Shown here: positions 1-11,400 of the stretch, one piece after another
Position numbering within the stretch: position 1 is the first letter of the stretch
How the letters are laid out: every line of letters starts with the position of its first letter
DNA from: Tubulanus polymorphus
Taxonomy: Eukaryota; Animalia; Nemertea
Length of the DNA: 64,000 nt
Direction: 5' to 3'
NCBI RefSeq assembly: GCF_964204645.1
Contig: NC_134025.1
Span: forward strand, 31,886,788-31,950,787
Made by a program: the position numbers and the translations under genes
Notes under the pieces: model-generated
Told to the model about the DNA's origin: nothing
Seen by the model: the letters and a program-made list of their open reading frames with translations, nothing else
Database searches by the model: none

Positions 1-7
1 GCGTATT

Positions 8-109
8 GAACTGATTTCAAATAGATAGGTGGAAAGATTCAGAATCTTCTGGGTACTTATGCTCCTGAAGATGATGGACTCGATCTGAAATGATAGGTTA
101 AGGCAAACT
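8..109 (+). repeat. Example of monomer type C
   Basis: Diagnostic motif TATGCTCCTGAAGATGATGGACTCGATCTGAAATGATAGGTTAAGG. The minus-frame consensus reads ISSVYLNLSFQIESIIFRSINSQKILNLSTYLFE. Confidence 0.95.
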
Positions 110-211
110 GAACTGATTTCGAGTAGATGGACTGAAAGATACAGATTTTTCTTGCAAAATAGGGTCCTAAAGATGATGAATTCTATCTTAATTGTTGGGT
201 TAGGGTGTACT
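110..211 (+). repeat. Example of monomer type B
   Basis: Diagnostic motif CTTGCAAAATAGGGTCCTAAAGATGATGAATTCTATCTTAAT...GGGTTAGGGTG. It carries a polymorphic EcoRI site (GAATTC/GAGTTC). About 75% identical to A and to C by hand alignment of consensus. Confidence 0.95.
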
Positions 212-313
212 GAACTGATGTTCAATAGATTGGTTGAAAGATTCAGAATTTCCTGACTACTTATAGTTCTGAAGTTGATTGATTCAATCTGAAAAGATGG
301 GTTAAGGCGTATT
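212..313 (+). repeat. Example of diverged monomer subtype A'
   Basis: GAACTGATGTTCAATAGATTGGTTG...CTGACTACTTATA(C/G)TTCTGAAGTTGATTGA. It recurs throughout the window (e.g. ~1640, 2558, 4190, 6230, 9494, 19470) in the A slot. Confidence 0.9.
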
Positions 314-517
314 GAACTGATTTCAAATAGATAGGTGGAAAGATTAAGAATTTTCTGGCTATTTATGCTCCTGAAGATGATGGACTCGATCTGAAATGAT
401 AGGTTAAGGTAAACTGAACTGATTCCGAGTAGATGGGATGAAAGATACAGATTTTTCTTGCAAAATAGGGTCCTAAAGATCATGAATTCTATCTTAATCG
501 ATGGGTTAGGGTGTACT

Positions 518-619
518 GAACTGATTTCAAATAGATAGGTTGAAAGAATCAGAATTTTCTGGCTGCTTTTGGTTCTGAAGATGATGGATTCAATCTGAAA
601 AGATGTGTTAAGGCGTATT
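518..619 (+). repeat. Example of monomer type A
   Basis: Diagnostic motif GCTGCTTTTGGTTCTGAAGATGATGGATTCAATCTGAAAAGATG(T/G)GTTAAGGCGTATT. About 83% identical to C (17 differences by hand count). Confidence 0.95.
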
Positions 620-2463
620 GAACTGATTTCAAATAGATAGGTGGAAAGATTCAGAATTTTCTGGGTACTTATGCTCCTGAAGATGATGGACTCGATCTGA
701 AATGATAGGTTAAGGTAAACTGAACTTATTTCGAGTAGATGGACTGAAAGATACAGATTTTTCTTGCAAAGTAGGGTCCTAAAGATGATGAGTTCTATCT
801 TAATTGATTGGTTAGGGTGTACTGAACTGATTTCAAATAGATAGGTGGAAAGATTAAGAATTTTCTGGCTATTTATGCTCCTGAAGATGATGGACTCGAT
901 CTGAAACGTTAGGTTAAGGTAAACTGAACTGATTTCGTGTAGATGGACTGAAAGATACAGATTTTTCTTGCAAAATAGGGTCCTAAAGATGATGAATTCT
1001 ATCTTAATTGATGGGTTAGGGTGTACTGAACTGATTTCGAATAGATAGGTTGAAAGAATCAGAATTTTCTGGCTGCTTTTGGTTCTGAAGATGATGGATT
1101 CAACCTGAAAAGATGTGTTAAGGCGTATTGAACTGATTTCAAATAGATAGGTGGAAAGATTAAGAATTTTCTGGCTATTTATGCTCCTGAAGATGATGGA
1201 ATCGATCTGAAATGATAGGGTAAGGTAAACTGAACTGATTTCGAGTAGATGGACTGAAAGATACAGATTTTTCTTGCAAAATAGGGTCCTAAAGATGATG
1301 AATTCTATCTTAATTGATGGGTTAGGGTGAACTGAACTGATTTCAAATAGATAGGTGGAAAGAATCAGAATTTTCTGGCTGCCTTTGGTTCTGAAGATGA
1401 TGGACTCAATCTGAAAAGATGGGCTAAGGCGTATGGAACTGATTTCAAATAGATAGGTGGAAAGATTAAGAATTTTCTGGCTATTTATGCTCCTGAAGAT
1501 GATGGACTCGATCTGAAATGATAGGTTAAGGTAAACTGAACTGATTTCGAGTAGATGGACTGAAAGATACAGATTTTTCTTGCAAAATAGGGTCCCAAAG
1601 ATGATGAATTCTATCTTAATTGTTGGGTTAGGGTGTACTGAACTGATGTTCAATAGATTGGTTGAAAGATTCAGAATTTTCTGACTACTTATACTTCTGA
1701 AGTTGATTGAAACAATCTGAAAAGATGGGTTAAGGCGTATTGAACTGATTTCAAATAGATAGGTGGAAAGATTAAGAATTTTCTGGCTATTTATGCTCCT
1801 GAAGATGATGGACTCGATCTGAAATGATAGGTTAAGGTAAACTGAACTGATTCCGAGTAGATGGGATGAAAGATACAGATTTTTGTTGCAAAATAGGGTC
1901 CTAAAGATGATGAATTCTATCTTAATTAATGGGTTAGGGTGTAATGAACTGATGTCAAATAGATAGGTTGAAAGAATCAGAATTTTCTGGCTGCTTTTGG
2001 TTCTGAAGATGATGGATTCAATCTGAAAAGATGGGTTTAGGCGAATTGAACTGATTTCAAATAGATTGGTGGAAAGATTCAGAATTTTCTGGCTATTTAT
2101 GCTCCTGAAGATGATGGACTCGATCTGAAACGATAGGTTAAGGTAAACTGAACTGATTTCGAGTAGATGGACTAAAAGATACAGATTTTTCTTGCAAAAG
2201 AGGGTCATAAAGGTGATGAATTCTATCTTAATTGATGGGTTAGGGTGTACTGAACTGATTTCAAATAGATAGGTTGAAAGAATTAGAATTTTCTGGCTGC
2301 TTTTGGTTCTGAAGATGATGGATTCAATCTGAAAAGATGTGTTAAGGCGTATTGAACTGATTTCAAATAGATAGGTGGAAAGATTCAGAATTTTCTGGGT
2401 ACTGATGCTTCTGAAGATGATGGACTCGATCTGAAATGATAGGTTAAGGTAAACTGAACTGAT

Positions 2464-5400
2464 TTAGAGTAGATGGACTGAAAGATACAGATTTTTCTTG
2501 CAAAATAGGGTCCTAAAGATGATGAATTCTATCTTAATTGTTGGGTTATGGTGTACTGAACTGATGTTCAATAGATTGGTTGAAAGATTCAGAATTTTCT
2601 GACTACTTATACTTCTGAAGTTGATTGATTCAATCTGAAAAGATGGGTTAGGGCGTATTGAACTGATTTCAAATAGATAGGTGGAAAGATTAAGAATTTT
2701 CTGGCTATTTATGCTCCTGAAGATGATGGACTCCATCTGAAATGATAGGTTAAGGTAAACTGAACTGATTCCGAGTAGATGGGATGTAAGATACAGATTT
2801 TTGTTGCAAATTAGGGTCCTAAAGATGATGAATTCTATCTTATTTAATGGGTTAGGGTGTAATGAACTGATGTCAAATAGATAGGTTGAAAGAATCAGAA
2901 TTTTCTGGCTGCTTTTGGTTCTGAAGATGATGGATTCAATCTGAAAAGATGGGTTTAGGCGAATTGAACTGATTTCAAATAGATAGGTGGAAAGATTCAG
3001 AATTTTCTGGCTTTTTATGCTCCTGAAGATGATGGAATCGATCTGAAACGATAGGTTAAGGTAAACTGAACTGATTTCGAGTAGATGGACTGAAAGATAC
3101 AGATTTTTCTTGCAAAATAGGGTCCTAAAGATGATGAATTCTATCTTAATTGATGGGTTAAGGTGTACTGAACTGATTTCAAATAGATAGGTTGAAAGAA
3201 TCAGAATTTTCTGGCTGCTTTTGGTTCTGAAGATGATGGATTCAATCTGAAAAGATGTGTTAGGGCGTATTGAACTGATTTCAAATAGATAGGTGGAAAG
3301 ATTAAGAATTTTCTGGCTATTTATGCTCCTGAAGATGATGGACTCGATCTGAAATGATAGGTTAAGGTAAACTGAACTGATTTCGAGTAGATGGACTGAA
3401 AGATACAGATTTTTCTTGCAAAATAGGGTCCTAAAGATGATGAGTTCTATCTTAATTGATGGGTTAGGGTGCACTGAACTGATTTCAAATAGAAAGGTGG
3501 AAAGATTAGGAATTTTCTGGTTATTTATGCTCCTGAAGATGGTGGACTCGATCTGAAATGATAGGTTAAGGTCAACTGAACTGATTACGAGCAGATGGAC
3601 TGAAAGATACAGATTTTTCTTGCAAAATAGAGTCCTAAAGATGACGAATTCTATCTTAATTGATGGGTTAGGGAGAACTGAACTGATTTCAAATAGATAG
3701 GTGGAAAGAATCAGAATTTTCTGGCTTCCTTTGGTTCTGAAGATGATGGACTCAATCTGAAAAGATTGGCTAAGGCGTATTGAACTGATTTCAAATAGAT
3801 AGGTGGAAAGATTAAGAATTTTCTGGCTATTTATGCTCCTGAAGATGATGGACTCGATCTGAAATGATAGGTTAAGGTAAACTGAACTGATTTCGAGAAG
3901 ATTGACTGAAAGATACAGATTTTTCTTGCAAAATAGGGTCCTAAAGATGATGAATTCTATCTTAATTGATGGGTTAGGGTGTACTGAACTGATTTCAAAT
4001 AGATAGGTGGAAAGACTAAGAATTTTCTGGCTATTTATGCTCCTGAAGATGATGGACTCGATCTTAAATGATAGGTTAAGGTAAACTGAACTGATTTCGA
4101 GTAGATGGACTGAAAGATACAGATTTTTCTTGCAAAATAGGGTCCTAAAGATGATGAATTCTATCTTAATTGTTGGGTTAGGGTGTACTGAACTGATGTT
4201 CAATAGATTGGTTGAAAGATTCAGAATTTTCTGACTACTTATACTTCTGAAGTTGATTGATTCAATCTGAAAAGATGTGTTAAGGCGTATTGAACTGATT
4301 TCAAATAGATGGGTGGAAAGATTAAGAATTTTCTGGCTATTTATGCTCCTGAAGATGATGGACTCCATCTGAAATGATAGGTTAAGGTAAACTGAACTGA
4401 TTTCGAGTAGATGGACTGAAAGATACAGATTTTTCTTGCAAAATAGGGTCCTAAAGATGATGAATTCTATCTTAATTAATGGGTTAGGGTGTAATGAACT
4501 GATGTCAAATAGATAGGTTGAAAGAATCAGAATTTTCTGGCTGCTTTTGGTTCTGAAGATGATGGATTCAATCTGAAAAGATGGGTTTAGGCGAATTGAA
4601 CTGATTTCAAATAGATAGGTGGAAAGATTCAGAATTTTCTGGCTATTTATGCTCCTGAAGATGATGGACTCGATCTGAAACGATAGGTTAAGGTAAACTG
4701 AACTGATTTCGAGTAGATGGACTGAAAGATACAGATTTTTCTTGCAAAATAGGGTCCTAAAGATGATGAATTCTATCTTAATATATGGGTTAGGGTGTAC
4801 TGAACTGATTTCAAATAGATAGGTTGAAAGAATCAGAATTTTCTGGCTGCTTTTGGTTCTGAAGATGTTGGATTCAATCTGAAAAGATGTGTTAAGGCGT
4901 ATTGAACTGATTTCAAATAGATAGGTGGAAAGATTTAGCATTTTCTGGGTACTGATGCTCCTGAAGATGATGGACTCGATCTGAAATGATAGGTTAAGGT
5001 AAACTGAACCGATTTCGAGTAGATGGACTGAAAGATACATATTTTTCTTGCAAAGTAGGGTCCTAAAGATGATAAGTTCTATCTTAATTGATTGGTTAGG
5101 GTGTACTGAACTGATTTCAAATAGATAGGTGGAAAGATTAAGAATTTTCTGGCTATTTATGCTCCTGAAGATGATGGACTCGATCTGAAACAATAGGTTA
5201 AGGTAAACTGAACTGATTTCGTGTAGATTGACTGAAAGATACAGATTTTTCTTGCAAAATAGGGTCCTAAAGATGATGAATTCTATCTTAATTGATGGGT
5301 TAGGGTGTACTGAACTGATTTCAAATAGATTGGTTGAAAGATTCAGAACTTTCTGACTACTTATACTTCTGAAGTTGATTGATTCAATCTGAAAAGATGG

Positions 5401-8400
5401 GTTAAGGCGTATTGAACTGATTTCAAATAGATAGGTGGAAAGATTAAGAATTTTCTGGCTATTTATGCTCCTGAAGATGATGGACTCCATCTGAAATGAT
5501 AGGTTAAGGTAAACTGAACTGATTCCGAGAAGATGGGATGTAAGATACAGATTTTTGTTGCAAATTAGGGTCCTAAAGATGATGAATTCTATCTTATTTA
5601 ATGGGTTAGGGTGTAATGAACTGATGTCAAATAGATAGGTTGAAAGAATCAGAATTTTCTGGCTGCTTTTGGTTCTGAAGATGATGGATTCAATCTGAAA
5701 AGATGGGTTTAGGCGAATTGAACTGATTTCAAATAGGTAGGTGGAAAGATTCAGAATTTTCTGGCTTTTTATGCTCCTGAAGATGATGGAATCGATCTGA
5801 AACGATAGGTTAAGGTAAACTGAACTGATTTCGAGTAGATGGACTGAAAGATACAGATTTTTCTTGCAAAATAGGGTCCTAAAGATGATGAATTCTATCT
5901 TAATTGATGGGTTAGGGTGTACTGAACTGATTTCAAATAGATAGGTGGAAAGAATCAGAATTTTCTGGCTGCTTTTGGTTCTGAAGATGATGGACTCAAC
6001 CTGAAAAGATGTGTTAAGGCGTATTGAACTGATTTCAAATAGATAGGTGGAAAGATTCAGAATCTTCTGGGTACTTATGCTCCTGAAGATGATGGACTCG
6101 ATCTGAAATGATAGGTTAAGGCAAACTGAACTGATTTCGAGTAGATGGACTGAAAGATACAGATTTTTCTTGCAAAATAGGGTCCTAAAGATGATGAATT
6201 CTATCTTAATTGTTGGGTTAGGGTGTACTGAACTGATGTTCAATAGATTGGTTGAAAGATTCAGAATTTTCTGACTACTTATAGTTCTGAAGTTGATTGA
6301 TTCAATCTGAAAAGATGGGTTAAGGCGTATTGAACTGATTTCAAATAGACAGGTGGAAAGATTAAGAATTTTCTGGCTATTTATGCTCCTGAAGATGATG
6401 GACTCGATCTGAAATGATAGGTTAAGGTAAACTGAACTGATTCCGAGTAGATGGGATGAAAGATACAGATTTTTGTTGCAAAATAGGGTCCTAAAGATGA
6501 TGAATTCTATCTTAATTAATGGGTTAGGGTGTAATGAACTGATGTCAAATAGATAGGTTGAAAGAATCAGAATTTTCTGGCTGCTTTTGGTTCTGAAGAT
6601 GATGGATTCAATCTGAAAAGATGGGTTTAGGCGAATTGAACTGATTTCAAATAGATAGGTGGAAAGATTCAGAATTTTCTGGCTGCTTTTGGTCCTAAAG
6701 ATGATGAGTTCTATCTTAATTGATTGGTTAGGGTGTACTGACCTGATTTCAAATAGATAGGTGGAAAGATTAAGAATTTTCTGGCTATTTATGCTCCTGA
6801 AGATGATGGACTCGATCTGAAACGTTAGGTTAAGGTAAACTGAACTGATTTCGTGTAGATGGACTGAAAGATACAGATTTTTCTTGCAAAATAGGGTCCT
6901 AAAGATGATGAATTCTATCTTAATTGATGGGTTAGGGTGTACTGAACTGATTTCAAATAGATAGGTTGAAAGAATCAGAATTTTCTGGCTGCTTTTGGTT
7001 CTGAAGATGATGGATTCAACCTGAAAAGATGTGTTAAGGCGTATTGAACTGATTTCAAATAGATAGGTGGAAAGATTCAGAATCTTCTGGGTACTTATGC
7101 TCCTGAAGATGATGGACTCGATCTGAAATGATAGGTTAAGGCAAACTGAACTGATTTCGAGTAGATGGACTGATAGATACAGATTTTTCTTGCAAAATAG
7201 GGTCCTAAAGATGATGAGTTCTATCTTAATTGATGGGTTAGGGTGTACTGAACTGATTTCAAATAGATAGGTTGAAAGAATCAGAATTTTCTGGCTGCTT
7301 TTGGTTCTGAAGATGATGGATTCAATTTGAAAAGATGTGTTAAGGCGTATTAAACTGATTTCAAATAGATAGGTGGAAAGATTAAGAATTTTCTGGCTAT
7401 TTATGCTCCTGAGGATGATGCACTCGATCTGGAATGATAGGTTAAGGTAGACTGAACTGATTTCGAGTAGATGGACTGAAAGATACAGATTTTTCTTGCA
7501 AAATAGGGTCCTAAAGATGATGAGTTCTATCTTAATTGATGGGTTAGGGTGTACTGAACTGATTTCAAATAGAAAGGTTGAAAGAATCAGAATTTTCTGG
7601 CTGCTTTTGGTTCTGAAGATGATGGATTCAATCTGAAAAGATGTGTTAAGGCGTATTGAACTGATTTCAAATAGATAGGTGGAAAGATTAAGAATTTTCT
7701 GGCTATTTATGCTCCTGAAGATGATGGACTCGATCTGAAATGATAGGTTAAGGTAAACTGAACTGATTTCGAGAAGATGGACTGAAAGATACAGATTTTT
7801 CTTGCAAAATAGGGTCCTAAAGATGATGAGTTCTATCTTAATTGATGGGTTAGGGTGTACTGAACTGATTTCAAATAGATAGGTTGAAAGAATCAGAATT
7901 TTCTGGCTGCTTTTGGTTCTGAAGATGATGGATTCAATCTGAAAAGATGTGTTAAGGCGTATTGAACTGATTTCAAATAGATAGGTGGAAAGATTAAGAA
8001 TTTTCTGGCTATTTATGCTCCTGAAGATGATGGACTCGATCTGAAATGATAGGTTAAGGTAAACTGAACTGATTTCGAGAAGATGGACTGAAAGATACAG
8101 ATTTTTCTTGCAAAATAGGGTCCTAAAGATGATGAGTTCTATCTTAATTGATGGGTTAGAGTGTACTGAACTGACTTCAAATAGATAGGTGGAAAGATTA
8201 AGAATTTTCTGGCTATTTATGCTCCTGAAGATGATGGACTCGATCTGAAATGATAGGTTAAGGTAAACTGAACTGATTTCGAGAAGATGGACTGAAAGAT
8301 ACAGATTTTTCTTGCAAAATAGGGTCCTAAAGATGATGAGTTCTATCTTAATTGATGGGTTAGAGTGTACTGAACTGACTTCAAATAGATAGGTGGAAAG

Positions 8401-11400
8401 ATTAAGAATTTTCTGGCTATTTATGCTCCTGAAGATGATGGACTCGATCTGAAACGATAGGTTAAGGTAAATTGAACTGATTTCGTGTAGATGGACTGAA
8501 AGATACAGATTTTTCTTGCAAAATAGGGTCCTAAAGATGATGAATTCTATCTTAATTGATGGGTTAGGGTGTACTGAACTGATTTCAAATACATAGGTTG
8601 AAAGAATCAGAATTTTCTGGCTGCTTTTGGTTCTGAAGATGATGGATTCAATCTGAAAAGATGTGTTAAGGCGTATTGAACTGATTTCAAATAGATAGGT
8701 GGAAAGATTCAGAATTTTCTGGGTACTTATCCTCCTGAAGATGATGGACTCGATCTGAAATGATAGGGTGAGGTAAACTGAACTGATTTCGAGTAGATGG
8801 ACTGAAAGATACAGATTTTTCTTGCAAAATAGGGTCCTGGAGATGATGAATTCTATCTCAATTGATGGGTTAGGATGTACTGAACTGATTTCAAATAGAT
8901 AGGTTGAAAGAATCAGAATTTTCTGGCTGCCTTTGGTTCTGAAGATGATGGACTCAATCTGAAAAGATGGGCTAAGGCGTATTGAACTGATTTCAAATAG
9001 ATAGGTGGAAAGATTAAGAATTTTCTGGCTATTTATGCTCCTGATGATGATGGACTCGATCTGAAATGATAGGTTAAGGTAAACTGAACTGATTTCGAGT
9101 AGATGGACTGAAAGATACAGATTTTTCTTGCAAAAAAGGGTCCTAAAGATGATGAATTCTATCTTAATTGATGGGTTAGGGTGAACTGAACTGATTTCAA
9201 ATAGATAGGTGGAAAGAATCAGAATTTTCTGGCTGCCTTTGGTTCTGAAGATGATGGACTCAATCTGAAAAGATGGGCTAAGGCGTATGGAACTGATTTC
9301 AAATAGATAGGTGGAAAGATTAAGAATTTTCTGGCTATTTATGCTCCTGAAGATGATGGACTCGATCTGAAATGATAGGTTAAGGTAAACTGAACTGATT
9401 TCGAGTAGATGGACTGAAAGATACAGATTTTTCTTGCAAAATAGGGTCCTAAAGTTGATGAATTCTATCTTAATTGTTGGGTTAGGGTGTACTGAACTGA
9501 TGTTCAATAGATTGGTTGAAAGATTCAGAATTTTCTGACTACTTATACTTCTGAAGTTGATTGATTCAATCTGAAAAGATGGGTTAAGGCGTATTGAACT
9601 GATTTCAAATAGATGGGTGGAAAGATTAAGAATTTTCTGGCTATTTATGCTCCTGAAGATGATGGACTCCATCTGAAATGATAGGTTAAGGTAAACTGAA
9701 CTGATTCCGAGTAGATGGGATGTAAGATACAGATTTTTGTTGCAAATTAGGGTCCTAAAGATGATGTATTCTATCTTAATTAATGGGTTAGGGTGTAATG
9801 AACTGATGTCAAATAGATAGGTTGAAAGAATCAGAATTTTCTGGCTGCTTTTGGTTCTGAAGATGATGGATTCAATCTGAAAAGATGGGTTTAGGCGAAT
9901 TGAACTGATTTCAAATAGATAGGTGGAAAGATTCAGAATTTTCTGGCTATTTATGCTCCTGAAGATGATGGACTCGATCTGAAACGATAGGTTAAGGTAA
10001 ACTGAACTGATTTCGAGTAGATGGACTGAAAGATACAGATTTTTCTTGCAAAATAGGGTCCTAAAGATGATGAATTCTATCTTAATTGATGGGTTAGGGT
10101 GTACTGAACTGATTTCAAATAGATAGGTTGAAAGAATCAGAATTTTCTGGCTGCTTTTGGTTCTGAAGATGATGGATTCAATCTGAAAAGATGTGTTAAG
10201 GCGTATTGAACTGATTTCAAATAGATAGGTGGAAAGATTTAGCATTTTCTGGGTACTGATGCTCCTGAAGATGATGGACTCGATCTGAAATGATAGGTTA
10301 AGGTAAACTGAACTGATTTCGAGTAGATGGACTGAAAGATACATATTTTTCTTGCAAAGTAGGGTCCTAAAGATGATAAGTTCTATCTTAATTGATTGGT
10401 TAGGGTGTACTGAACTGATTTCAAATAGATAGGTGGAAAGATTAAGAATTTTCTGGCTATTTATGCTCCTGAAGATGATGGACTCGATCTGAAACGATAG
10501 GTTAAGGTAAACTGAACTGATTTCGTGTAGATTGACTGAAAGATACAGATTTTTCTTGCAAAATAGGGTCCTAAAGATGATGAATTCTATCTTAATTGAT
10601 GGGTTAGGGTGTACTGAACTGATTTCAAATAGATAGGTTGAAAGAATCAGAATTTTCTGGCTGCTTTTGGTTCTGAAGATGATGGATTCAACCTGAAAAG
10701 ATGTGTTAAGGCGTATTGAACTGATTTCAAATAGATAGGTGGAAAGATTCAGAATCTTCTGGGTACTTATGCTCCTGAAGATGATGGACTCGATCTGAAA
10801 TGATAGGTTAAGGCAAACTGAACTGATTTCGAATAGATGGACTGAAAGATACAGATTTTTCTTGCAAAATAGGGTCCTAAAGATGATGAGTTCTATCTTA
10901 ATTGATGGGTAAGGGTGTACTGAACTGATTTCAAATAGATAGGTTGAAAGAATCAGAATTTTCTGGCTGCTTTTGGTTCTGAAGATGATGGATTCGATTT
11001 GAAAAGATGTGTTAAGGCGTATTGAACTGATTTCAAATAGATAGGTGGAAAGATTCAGAATTTTCTGGGTACTTATGCTCCTGAAGATGATGGACTCGAT
11101 CTGAAATGATAGGTTAAGGTAAACTGAACTGATTTCGAGTAGATGGACTGAAAGATACATATTTTTCTTGCAAAATAGGGTCCTAAAGATGATGAATTCT
11201 ATCTTAATTGATGGGTTAGGGTGAACTGAACTGATTTCAAATAGATAGGTTGAAAGAATCAGAATTTTCTGGCTGCCTTTGGTTCTGAAGATGATGGACT
11301 CAATCTGAAAAGATGGGCTAAGGCGTATGGAACTGATTTCAAATAGATAGGTGGAAAGATTAAGAATTTTCTGGCTATTTATGCTCCTGAAGATGATGGA

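Noticed and set aside
197-205. True telomeric tract or G-quadruplex
   Set aside because: There are only 1.5 TTAGGG units (two adjacent G-tracts) per site, separated by 200 bp or more.
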